64,000 bases of DNA from a virus: IMG/VR virus record IMGVR_UViG_3300036831_000125, positions 2,515 through 66,514 of that record, one strand, 5' to 3'. Shown here in pieces: positions 26,226 to 34,243 of the stretch; the stretch's first letter is position 1, and every line of letters begins with the position of its first letter. The position numbers were made by a program, and so were the translations under genes. The notes beneath the pieces were generated by a model, which saw nothing but the letters and a program-made list of their open reading frames with translations, was not told the DNA's origin and ran no database searches.

Positions 26226-26770
26226 GCCGCCTGCTTCTCGTCCGGCTTGCTGCCGACATAGCCCAGCGTCCACATCAACGCCTGCAGACCGCCGCGCAGA
26301 TCCTCGATCCCGCGGTTGTTGTCGAGCACGAAATCCGCCATCCACGGTTCGAGCGTCATTGAGCTGCGATCCTCCGGCGGGAGATGGTCGCTGCGATCGA
26401 CCCAGATCGCGATGTCAAACGTCGCAGCGTTGCGATTGGCATGCAGCTCGGCGCGGTTCCGCAGCCCGATATAGATGTCGTTCTCGGCCCAGATCGCTCG
26501 CCCGAGCGCGGTCAAATCAGGATTATTGAATGCTTTGACTGCGTCATACCAATCGGCGCGGCGGTTGGCGCGGTCGGCGAAGCACTGATCGATGCTGGCG
26601 TAGGTAATGCCCTTATTAGCGAGGAAAGGCTGTACGACGCGCTCTGCCAGAAACCAGCTGCTCGACACAGCGCGGAGCCCGTACTGCTGACACATCATAT
26701 CAGCGACCGTGTCTTTGCCGTGCCGAGCATGGCCGATGACAAGGAGTTTTAGATTCGGGTTCGGCTTCAA
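26222..26770 (-). CDS. deoxynucleoside monophosphate kinase-like P-loop protein
   Basis: IGHARHGKDTVA P-loop, G.R...E, D..LDNN. Confidence 0.8.
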   Translation of the reverse strand: MKPNPNLKLLVIGHARHGKDTVADMMCQQYGLRAVSSSWFLAERVVQPFLANKGITYASIDQCFADRANRRADWYDAVKAFNNPDLTALGRAIWAENDIYIGLRNRAELHANRNAATFDIAIWVDRSDHLPPEDRSSMTLEPWMADFVLDNNRGIEDLRGGLQALMWTLGYVGSKPDEKQAA

Positions 26771-27027
26771 GTGTCCTCCGGCTTCTCGTCTTGCGCAGCG
26801 AACGGCTCGTATTTCTCCTGCGCCTGTTTCATCTCGAACGCTCTGATTTTCACCAGCAGCTCTTCTTGATAACGCATCAGTTCACGGAACACCGCCGGTT
26901 CCAATCCGACCCAATGATCGCCGCCTTCTCGCGGCGCCCGCAGCACAATGTGCCAGCCATCGAAAGAGGCGTAAAGCCCATCCCCGAGATAGGTCTCGCC
27001 GGCACTGGTTGGGTTGTCGTCGATCAT
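26767..27027 (-). CDS. conserved phage hypothetical protein (YLGDGLYASFDG)
   Basis: AGGGAGA SD. Confidence 0.75.
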   Translation of the reverse strand: MIDDNPTSAGETYLGDGLYASFDGWHIVLRAPREGGDHWVGLEPAVFRELMRYQEELLVKIRAFEMKQAQEKYEPFAAQDEKPEDT

Positions 27028-27061
27028 GTGTGTTCTCCCTGTGGATGAATCGCTTCGACCA

Positions 27062-27092
27062 TTGACAATAGGTTATCCAAGCGTATGGTCAA
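27062..27092. promoter_or_regulatory. overlapping bidirectional sigma70-like promoters
   Basis: (+) TTGACA-N16-TATGGT; (-) TTGACC-N16-TATTGT; at a strand switch. Confidence 0.55.
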
Positions 27093-27148
27093 GTTACCAC
27101 ATGTCATTGACGCTGCTAGCGTTTAGGGAACCAAGGGCGGGGGCCAGC

Positions 27149-27418
27149 ATGAGGATCGAGGAAAGCTCGCCGAGCCACCGTCCGTTGCCTGAAGGCGCAG
27201 CGTTCGCTGTCTGGGTGATTTACGAACGCCCGAAGGATTTCCCGCAAGGTTATGTGCTGCGCTGCCAATGGCCGATGAAGGATGGGACTATCCAGATCGA
27301 TCGGCTGGCATGGTATGCGGATAGCGCCGAGAAACTGCGCGAGATCGTGCCGCCTGGGCTGTTCTGCCTGCGACATCAACCTGGCGACCCGCCGCATGTC
27401 GTGGAGAGCTGGTTTTGA
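27149..27418 (+). CDS. conserved phage hypothetical protein (WVIYERPKDFP...VVESW)
   Basis: ORF track with start moved. Confidence 0.7.
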   Translation: MRIEESSPSHRPLPEGAAFAVWVIYERPKDFPQGYVLRCQWPMKDGTIQIDRLAWYADSAEKLREIVPPGLFCLRHQPGDPPHVVESWF

Positions 27419-27714
27419 CCGTCACGCGCACGCCGGAATGCAGGTGCCCGCTGTGTCATAAGAAGCTCGACGCAATGTCGGGGCTTTTTGATGATGTTGA
27501 TGATGTTGATGATGTTGATGATGAAGACAGGACCCCCCAGCGCGGCCCGAGAGGGGGTGATTATTCGATCTGCGGCGGGTGCATGAGCGTGTTGATTATT
27601 AATGAGGATCTCACGCTTCGAGCCCCGACGGCCGAGGAGTTGGAGGACGCCCCAGCGGCGATTAAGAAATTCATGAAGGCCATGAGCAAAATAAGCAAAG
27701 GATCGAGGTCGTAA
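27415..27714 (+). CDS. Zn-finger protein with (DDV)3 repeat
   Basis: CPLC...CGGC; GATGATGTT x3. Confidence 0.65.
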   Translation: MTVTRTPECRCPLCHKKLDAMSGLFDDVDDVDDVDDEDRTPQRGPRGGDYSICGGCMSVLIINEDLTLRAPTAEELEDAPAAIKKFMKAMSKISKGSRS

Positions 27715-28133
27715 TGTTTGGTAAAGCCCCTCCGCCGCCGTTCGAGACCCTGCACTCGATCATCGACGAGTTCTTCACCGCGCAAGGTAAGGATCCGAAA
27801 GACGCCACGCGCAAGGATCTTTCCGAGGCCGCTGCAGCGATCTCGAAAAAGTTCGTCGAGAAAGGAAAATTCGTCGAAGCCGGGTTCGTGGCGCTGTGCA
27901 TCATTAGCCTCCCGCGCAATGCGACGAGTCAGCAAATGGCCGCATGGCGCGTAGCGTATTTTGCCGGCGCGCAGCATATTTTCGCATTGCTTGAGCTGCT
28001 GGATCACGACGACGAAGAAGCGACGCCGGCAGATTTGAAGATGCTGGATTCCGTTCATACGGAGCTAGAAGCGTTTGCTGATTCATTCCGGGCGGCGCAT
28101 GGCTTCGGTGTAGCAGAGAAGGAGAAACACTAA
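27714..28133 (+). CDS. conserved phage hypothetical protein
   Basis: GAGG SD; TAATG couplings. Confidence 0.7.
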   Translation: MFGKAPPPPFETLHSIIDEFFTAQGKDPKDATRKDLSEAAAAISKKFVEKGKFVEAGFVALCIISLPRNATSQQMAAWRVAYFAGAQHIFALLELLDHDDEEATPADLKMLDSVHTELEAFADSFRAAHGFGVAEKEKH

Positions 28134-28351
28134 TGATGCATTCTTCGACGTTCGAATATCTCAAGCCGACGCAGCCTCAGATCGAGAGGATGGAAAGGGT
28201 CCGCCGCGCCGCGCGGGCTTATAATGATGTGCTGGAGTCGGAGCTGCCGGACGGGCCCGATAAGACGTTCGTGATTCGGGCGCATCGGAGCAACGCAATG
28301 TGGGCGAATGTCTGCATCACGCGCCATCCTGACGGCAGCCCGAGGGAGTGA
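28133..28351 (+). CDS. Acb2/Tad1-like helical-hairpin protein (candidate immune-signal sponge)
   Basis: F.Y..P...Q......VR.........L...LP.G......I.......MWAN..I.R pattern; AAGGAG SD. Confidence 0.5.
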   Translation: MMHSSTFEYLKPTQPQIERMERVRRAARAYNDVLESELPDGPDKTFVIRAHRSNAMWANVCITRHPDGSPRE

Positions 28352-28360
28352 AAAGCAGCG

Positions 28361-28573
28361 ATGCAACTCTGGCCTTTTTCTCTTCGCACGGTTCGTGTGC
28401 TGACCTATGTGATGCAGGTCTGTCTTGTGGTGATGCTTCTCGTTGATGCGAGGCTTCTTTACAGCGACGCGGCGAACGATGATCTGATCACCTTCGCTCT
28501 GCGCGGTTTTAACATCGCTGTGTTGATCTATTTATTCGTTTGGCAAGCGCGCATCCGAGCTAGGGCGCGCTGA
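28361..28573 (+). CDS. two-TM membrane protein
   Basis: Two hydrophobic segments. Confidence 0.6.
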   Translation: MQLWPFSLRTVRVLTYVMQVCLVVMLLVDARLLYSDAANDDLITFALRGFNIAVLIYLFVWQARIRARAR

Positions 28574-28872
28574 TGACCAATCTCCTCGCACGGCTGAACG
28601 AGCCTCTCATGATCATGATCTCGCCGACCGAGCTGCGTCCGACGGTAGAAACTGCCAAGCAGCTCCGGCGCATGCTGATGGAGCGCAGCGAAGCCGCTTG
28701 CGAGATCGAACGGCTGATCATGGAGAATATGTATCTCGGGCGGCTGCTGAAGAATCTGATCGAGGCGGAGGAATATTGCGATGCCGGCGAGGTGCGAAAA
28801 GGGAAATTCGACGCGGCGCGCAGGGCGGTTAATCTCTTAGGGGTAAGTAATGACCACAAGAACACACGATGA
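28573..28872 (+). CDS. hypothetical protein
   Basis: TGATG coupling. Confidence 0.6.
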   Translation: MTNLLARLNEPLMIMISPTELRPTVETAKQLRRMLMERSEAACEIERLIMENMYLGRLLKNLIEAEEYCDAGEVRKGKFDAARRAVNLLGVSNDHKNTR

Positions 28873-29074
28873 GCATTTGGCGTGGTGCAAGCAACAAGCA
28901 AACGAATATCTCGCGCGCGGTGCGGTTATTGAAGCGATCGCATCGATGTTAGGCGATCTCAACAAGCATCCGGAGTTAAAGGGCATCAGCGAGAAGATGG
29001 CACCGCTGGGGTTGTTGATTGCAGCGAATCGCGACGAGCAAGCAGCGATGCGCTTCATCGAGGGGTTTCGCTGA
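28850..29074 (+). CDS. conserved phage hypothetical protein (EHL.WCK..A.EYL)
   Basis: AGGGG SD. Confidence 0.7.
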   Translation: MTTRTHDEHLAWCKQQANEYLARGAVIEAIASMLGDLNKHPELKGISEKMAPLGLLIAANRDEQAAMRFIEGFR

Positions 29075-29322
29075 TGGTGGAGCTAGAAGATAAAAGAGCC
29101 CTCACCCTTCCTGAGAGAGATCTCCATCAGCGGCTTACCGCAGTGCTTGAGCTCTCGGAGCTGGATTGGAACAGCCGCATGTCAGCGGTGGTGAATTTGT
29201 TGGGCGCTGAGATCTACTGCAGCGTTGATAATTTCGCGCAAGCGAAAGAATGCATCGAGGAGGTTAAGGAACTGCTGCTGGAGATTCTGAGAGTGAATCT
29301 CGAACGAGGGGGGATGAATTGA
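29074..29322 (+). CDS. hypothetical protein
   Basis: GAGGGG SD; coupled. Confidence 0.65.
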   Translation: MVELEDKRALTLPERDLHQRLTAVLELSELDWNSRMSAVVNLLGAEIYCSVDNFAQAKECIEEVKELLLEILRVNLERGGMN

Positions 29323-29723
29323 GCAACGACGATGACCTTAATAACGCGAGCGAGATTCGGCGGGCTTTTTGCGAAGCCGAAAACCGCCGGCCGTATCAAG
29401 CTGATCCGATTCTCTGCATCGCTGCGACGCCGCCGGGCGGCGATTGGAATTGCCGGATGGCGCATCAATTAGCGTATCTAGTGACCTGGCGCGGTGCCGA
29501 GGTCGCCTGTGTCAATCGGCTCGATCAGATTGAGCCAGAAAGAGCCGGCGGGATCGCGATGGCGATCACCGCGCTGCCGATTATGGATGCCGCGCTGCGG
29601 GCGATTTTGGTGCTGATTGAGGAGCAAGAGAACGTAGGGCTGATTCAGCGGCTCATTCATGCTGTGCTGGCGCGAGTCGAGACTGAGCCTCCGAGGGTGC
29701 TGCCGAGGGTGGTTGCTGAATGA
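29319..29723 (+). CDS. hypothetical protein
   Basis: Coupled at both ends. Confidence 0.6.
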   Translation: MSNDDDLNNASEIRRAFCEAENRRPYQADPILCIAATPPGGDWNCRMAHQLAYLVTWRGAEVACVNRLDQIEPERAGGIAMAITALPIMDAALRAILVLIEEQENVGLIQRLIHAVLARVETEPPRVLPRVVAE

Positions 29724-29941
29724 GCTACATCCCGACCTGCGAATTCTGTCTGCAGCCGATCGAGGCGCATGCGACCGAGATCAGGATCGGGAACCGTTTT
29801 CAGCATCTCGGGCTGGTGTGCGATCGGTGCCTGCATGAGGAGCTGCCCAAGCATGAGGCGCTGTTAGAAGAGAACACGCATGTTTGCGTGCTGTTGGGGC
29901 GAGAACGGGCGATGGAACGAGCGATGGGAGGTGAGCAATGA
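29720..29941 (+). CDS. Zn-finger hypothetical protein
   Basis: CEFC...CDRC. Confidence 0.6.
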   Translation: MSYIPTCEFCLQPIEAHATEIRIGNRFQHLGLVCDRCLHEELPKHEALLEENTHVCVLLGRERAMERAMGGEQ

Positions 29942-30072
29942 CGGATGGGTTTATCTTTCTCTCGATTGTCTTCGCTGCTGTGGCCATTCTAGGCATCAGC
30001 GCGATCGTCGATGTGTTCCGGCTGCTTCGGCAACAGCGCAAGCGTGAGCGCAGGAATAGGGATCTGTGGTAG
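29938..30072 (+). CDS. 44-aa TM peptide with basic tail
   Basis: Translated by hand; GGAGGTGA SD. Confidence 0.55.
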   Translation: MTDGFIFLSIVFAAVAILGISAIVDVFRLLRQQRKRERRNRDLW

Positions 30073-30088
30073 CGGAGGGGAATTACTG

Positions 30089-30352
30089 ATGTTGCAACAT
30101 TGTCTCGATTTCTTCTGCTGTATAATACTGCCTTGGCATAGGCGAGTGATCGTCAAGCGCCTCGCGCCGGGGAATTGCTTCTTGATGCGCTGCATCAGAT
30201 GCGGCCGGGAATATTCGTTTAATATAGATCTAGAGATCATGTTGTCGTACCGCGACGTGAAGGAATGGCATGAGCGGATAGAGAAGGATGTGGCCAGGGC
30301 GGCATATCTGCGGGCGAAGCACAAGGCGTTTGCGAAGGCGCACGGGCGATGA
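30089..30352 (+). CDS. Cys/His hypothetical protein
   Basis: GGAGGGG SD; C...WH...CIRCG. Confidence 0.6.
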   Translation: MLQHCLDFFCCIILPWHRRVIVKRLAPGNCFLMRCIRCGREYSFNIDLEIMLSYRDVKEWHERIEKDVARAAYLRAKHKAFAKAHGR

Positions 30353-30356
30353 GCTG

Positions 30357-30584
30357 ATGAGCTGGACCAAAGTCTCTGAAGCGCAACCAAAGCCGCATGC
30401 GAAATATCTCGTTCGGCGCGGCGGCTACACCCATACCGCGACGCCTTGTTACAGCATGCATGCGCCTTGGTGGGTTCCGATGGCGATCAATGGCGACGAA
30501 TACGACCCAGTGAAGATGCTTGATGATGACGAGTGGCAGCTGTTGGTGTCATTTCCGCCACCACCGCCGCCGGATGCGGCATAA
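30357..30584 (+). CDS. hypothetical protein (MSW..VSE..P)
   Basis: Last gene of the rightward cluster. Confidence 0.6.
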   Translation: MSWTKVSEAQPKPHAKYLVRRGGYTHTATPCYSMHAPWWVPMAINGDEYDPVKMLDDDEWQLLVSFPPPPPPDAA

Positions 30585-30620
30585 AGAAAAACGCCCCAGC
30601 TTTCGCTAGGGCGCTTCCCT
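30582..30620. terminator. terminator between convergent operons
   Basis: CGCCCCAGC-tttc-GCTAGGGCG hairpin with an A-run on the left, so U-tail on the - strand. Confidence 0.6.
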
Positions 30621-30639
30621 GTTGCCAGTACGTCGGTGC

Positions 30640-30867
30640 TCAGCGTGCTGGCGACTCATCTATCACAAAGCCGCGGAAATATCGCGCCCCGCCGAGCGGG
30701 ATTTCGATAATATGTTCCGGCATCGTCATCTCGCCGGCTTCGATCGCGTCAGTATAAGCTCGCGAGATCTTCACGAATTGATTCACAGAAGTCGAGTCCT
30801 GCGCGCCCAGCTTGCCGCCGAGCTTCTGATGCAACGGAACATGCGTGTGAGCCGTTTGAGCTGTCAT
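30640..30867 (-). CDS. hypothetical protein
   Basis: TAAGGA SD. Confidence 0.6.
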   Translation of the reverse strand: MTAQTAHTHVPLHQKLGGKLGAQDSTSVNQFVKISRAYTDAIEAGEMTMPEHIIEIPLGGARYFRGFVIDESPAR

Positions 30868-31015
30868 GGTCAATATCCTTACGCCCAAGGAGAGAAAGAC
30901 CGGGGAGTCAATCGGGCGTGATCGACACCCCGGCCCTTAGTAGCGCTTGCCCTTTTGCTGTTGCCCCAGGGAGGAGATTCAAGGACAGGCGAAGGCAGAA
31001 GCGCTCTTTAGACTA

Positions 31016-31369
31016 TTACCTACGGCGCAGCTGGCCAGCAGGTGCCGGCTGCGGGTTCGGGTTGGCGACGTCGGTCTCGACGATCGCGACAGACGCGATG
31101 TTACCCGCGATGACCGGCTGCTGATCGGTCGCGGTGAAGGTCACGCCGCCGACGACGACGGTCACAGTGGCGTCCGATTGCCCCGGGGTCTTGAGCGGCG
31201 TTTCAGCGACGGTCAAGCCATCGGCGCTGACGCTGCTCTGAATCGAGGTCGGATCGGTGAAGGCCCATTGCGGCATCGAGTCAGGCGTTACGCCGGAGAC
31301 GAGATGGCCTTGGCTGTCTTTGAATTGCAGCGACAGCGTGCGGAGCATGTCGATGTGTAGAGCGCTCAT
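31016..31369 (-). CDS. single Ig-like (Big_2-like) beta-sandwich protein
   Basis: L.L.F.D..G.......P.W...DP.......S.DG.T.......G...ATVTV; AGAAAGG SD. Confidence 0.65.
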   Translation of the reverse strand: MSALHIDMLRTLSLQFKDSQGHLVSGVTPDSMPQWAFTDPTSIQSSVSADGLTVAETPLKTPGQSDATVTVVVGGVTFTATDQQPVIAGNIASVAIVETDVANPNPQPAPAGQLRRR

Positions 31370-31578
31370 GAAAGTAACCTTTCTGTTGGGAATTAAACGG
31401 ACGCTAAGCCCTTCGCTGGAGGTTAGCCAAACGAAGATCTCGTAACAGACGGAATCTACTTGCGGCATTTGTGCGGCTCTCCGTCTTGGTGTGATGATCG
31501 AAGAGCTATTACGAGTCTGTGACAGCTGCAATACCGCAAGATACGCAAAGCTGTGACATTGAAAAAGTACGCACAGCT

Positions 31579-32340
31579 TTATGCTGTCGTGCTCGCAATG
31601 GCCCAGAAATCACTCGCGAGATTCGCGTTCGTTACATACGCATAAGGGATCGTGAAATATCCCGCCTGTCCCCAATTTGCTCCCCAAGAATTCCGCACGA
31701 TGAAGCGCTGCGACGGGTCGTCATAGCCTACTGCAAGCACCGCGTGTCCGCCGATCATGCTCTCGTAAGGCGAGGGCATCGGGACGACGCCGGTTTGGGC
31801 GACCTCGTCGGATTCGAAACTTTCATAAACCGAGAAGCCGAAGACAAAGGGCACGCCGGTTGCGAGCGACGCCCGCAAGCCTGGGAGTCCGCCGAGATAG
31901 CGCTGGTAGGCGACAGAGCGGTACTGGGTAGCATCGGCGTAGTCCTGCGGCGTGGGCGCTACAGTGAATTGCGTGACGTCGTAAGGGAGTTCGGTCTCGG
32001 GGCACACGCCCCATTTGGTGATGCTCTTCATGCCATCGCGGAGTGCGGCGCCGGAGTCGTATGGAATCGAACCTTCGAGCGCCCGTTCGCAGTAATAAAT
32101 GAACAAGCGCGACGGGATGAAGTTGGGCGAGAATTTCTCGCGCATGCGTTCGTACTGCACGGCACCCGCGATGGCGTTGGCGGTGCAAGAGCCGAGGCTG
32201 CCTTGGTCATACGGCGGCGGCATCGCTGGCCGCAGATCGACCCGCGGCGGAACGAGGACGAGCTTCGACGGTGCCGCGATGCGATCGCGCTGATCCGGCA
32301 GATCGCGCTTCCAGCCATAGCTCTTAATCTTCCGAATCAT
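31579..32340 (-). CDS. papain-family (C1A, xylellain-like) cysteine protease
   Basis: DQGSLGSCTANA (Gln/Cys), GGHAV..VGY (His), RNSWG..WG..GYF (Asn); GGAGG SD. Confidence 0.92.
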   Translation of the reverse strand: MIRKIKSYGWKRDLPDQRDRIAAPSKLVLVPPRVDLRPAMPPPYDQGSLGSCTANAIAGAVQYERMREKFSPNFIPSRLFIYYCERALEGSIPYDSGAALRDGMKSITKWGVCPETELPYDVTQFTVAPTPQDYADATQYRSVAYQRYLGGLPGLRASLATGVPFVFGFSVYESFESDEVAQTGVVPMPSPYESMIGGHAVLAVGYDDPSQRFIVRNSWGANWGQAGYFTIPYAYVTNANLASDFWAIASTTA

Positions 32341-32437
32341 CGTCGTACCATCCTCCTCTGGTGGTGTAAGTTCCGTCGCACAGCATCAGCACCCCGCCGC
32401 AAGCAAAGAAAAGCAGGATGAAGCCGAAGATCTCCAT
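32324..32437 (-). CDS. 37-aa TM peptide with acidic tail (MEIFGFILLFFACGG...DDDSED)
   Basis: Translated by hand; GAGGG SD; also in the -1 frame of the upstream gene. Confidence 0.5.
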   Translation of the reverse strand: MEIFGFILLFFACGGVLMLCDGTYTTRGGWYDDDSED

Positions 32438-32454
32438 GGCGCGTGCCCTCACGC

Positions 32455-32862
32455 TCAGCGATAGGGAATTTTTAAAAAAAAATCGATCAGCTTGCTGAAA
32501 GCCGCGCCCCCAAACGCCAGCCCGATCAGAATCGCGATGATAAACTTCACTGATGTCGTTTTCGCGAACCGAATGAAGCCTTCGAGAACGTGGAGATCTT
32601 CTGCGATGCGGCCGACGCGAGCTTCCATCACGGTCACACGCGAGGCGAGTAGCGTGAAATCTTGGATGCGGGCGTTCATCATCATGTAATCAGCCCGCAT
32701 GCCGGCGATGGCTTCACGGAATTCGGCGTTGGATTTGAGGTTTTGTTCGAGCGAACGCTTTAGCTCGCCGCGTTCGATCTTGCCTTGTTCTTGGGCTTCG
32801 AGGATCTTACCGATGTCGCGTTCGATCGAAGAGACGGTCACGTTAGCGAGCCTTCTGGGCAT
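32455..32862 (-). CDS. coiled-coil protein with C-terminal TM segment
   Basis: Heptad-like region followed by FIIAILIGLAFGG; lies just after the spanins. Confidence 0.7.
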   Translation of the reverse strand: MPRRLANVTVSSIERDIGKILEAQEQGKIERGELKRSLEQNLKSNAEFREAIAGMRADYMMMNARIQDFTLLASRVTVMEARVGRIAEDLHVLEGFIRFAKTTSVKFIIAILIGLAFGGAAFSKLIDFFLKIPYR

Positions 32863-33412
32863 GGCTGACCGCCGCAGCCCAGGCGTCATAAGCGGCTTTT
32901 GCTTTATTGAACCAAGCAGGCCATTGCACGTTTACGGCATTGAGGGCTTTTTCGCAGGTTCCGTAATTGGCGACGACGGTGCCGACAAAGGTATCGATTC
33001 CAACCCCGGAAGGGGCGTCAACAGCTCCGCTGGCGGGCTCGGGAAGGGCGGCGGAGGCGCTAGTAGCGTTGGCGTTGTGCAGCTCGATAATCCCGCGGCT
33101 AAGGCTGCAAGCAGCAATCGCCTTTGGCGTGATGAAATCATGAACCTGCCTCGTGAGGGTAATGGTGCGCTCGGTGACGCGGTCGCGGTAGATGATGGTC
33201 TGATGCCCGACGTCGAAATTCGCGGCGTCGTCGGCGATCTGCAGGGCGCGAGCTTGTTCGACGGCGTTTTGTTGCGCGGTGAGTTCGGCGGAGTCGCGGC
33301 GCCAGGATTCGGTCTGCCAGCCGGAGGCGAAGCCGATGCTCAGCAGTGCGGCTGAGCCAAGCAGATAGATCGCCAGAATTGGCATAACTGTCCCAAAGCC
33401 CCCGTCCGCCAC
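32843..33412 (-). CDS. inner-membrane spanin (Rz-like)
   Basis: N-terminal TM, GW....WR, helical periplasmic part; follows the endolysin. Confidence 0.75.
   Translation of the reverse strand: MADGGFGTVMPILAIYLLGSAALLSIGFASGWQTESWRRDSAELTAQQNAVEQARALQIADDAANFDVGHQTIIYRDRVTERTITLTRQVHDFITPKAIAACSLSRGIIELHNANATSASAALPEPASGAVDAPSGVGIDTFVGTVVANYGTCEKALNAVNVQWPAWFNKAKAAYDAWAAAVSHAQKAR
32932..33141 (-). CDS. outer-membrane spanin lipoprotein (Rz1-like), embedded in Rz
   Basis: RQRR-LLLAALAAG-LSSC lipobox followed by a Pro-rich segment (PPAELL..P). Confidence 0.75.
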   Translation of the reverse strand: MISSRQRRLLLAALAAGLSSCTTPTLLAPPPPFPSPPAELLTPLPGLESIPLSAPSSPITEPAKKPSMP

Positions 33413-33418
33413 GTATGG

Positions 33419-34021
33419 TTAATTTTCTAACATGGTTCGCCAATAGGCGATACGGGTGACGTAGGTCACTGTCTGACTGGAATTTTGCAGTCCTGTGACG
33501 TCTGGAAGACAGAGCTGCACGGTCTCCCAGAGGACGGCGTTTTGGCACAGGCGCTGGGCGGCAAGGATCGAGCCGAGGCCGGCATTGTAGGAGGCTTGGG
33601 CGAGGCGGTGGGATTCAAGGATGGGGCGGTTGCGCCGCCACTCGGCGCGGAGCTTCATCATGTAATAGGCCGCGGCGGTGATGGCGGGACCAGCTTGGTT
33701 CGCGGACACGCCGGACCAGCCGAGCTGCCGGGTGATGTCGGCCCAGGATTTCGGCATGAATTGCGCGATGCCTTCGGCGCCGGCAGCGCTGCGGGCGTTG
33801 GGATCGAGCTTGCTCTCTTGCACGAGCTGAGCTTTGAGGAAGAGCCAATCAGGGAAATCAAGCCAGTAATGCTTGACGGCTGACTGAATCGCTTCGTCGT
33901 AGCGGCTATCGAATGAAAGCCGCGGCGATGACGCTGCCGCCGATGAGCACAGAAGCCACCCGGCAGCCGAGATACACCCCAGCAGCAAGGTTGTTTTTGC
34001 GAATTTCTGCCCAGATGTCAT
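33419..34021 (-). CDS. SLT lytic transglycosylase endolysin with signal/SAR-like N-terminus
   Basis: AQLVQES, GA.GIAQFMP..W, ASYNAG. Confidence 0.88.
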   Translation of the reverse strand: MTSGQKFAKTTLLLGCISAAGWLLCSSAAASSPRLSFDSRYDEAIQSAVKHYWLDFPDWLFLKAQLVQESKLDPNARSAAGAEGIAQFMPKSWADITRQLGWSGVSANQAGPAITAAAYYMMKLRAEWRRNRPILESHRLAQASYNAGLGSILAAQRLCQNAVLWETVQLCLPDVTGLQNSSQTVTYVTRIAYWRTMLEN

Positions 34022-34169
34022 TCGGCGCGATCCCCATCTCGTTATTCATGCGCACAAACATGTGGTCAACGACAACATTGAGGATCGCAAAGATCACGAG
34101 GAGGTAAAGGATGTTGCGGACGAAGCCAAAGAGGGAGATCCCGACGGGGTCCATTAGTAACCATTCCAT
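33906..34169 (-). CDS. holin (two TM segments)
   Basis: First gene of the lysis cassette; GGAG SD; M1 and M6 may be a dual start. Confidence 0.65.
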   Translation of the reverse strand: MEWLLMDPVGISLFGFVRNILYLLVIFAILNVVVDHMFVRMNNEMGIAPNDIWAEIRKNNLAAGVYLGCRVASVLIGGSVIAAAFIR

Positions 34170-34243
34170 GAGATTGCGCTCCGAGCGCGGGAGGGGGGTG
34201 TGGTAGCGCTGGTGTCGAGGCTACAGATGATTAGGAGAGGACG

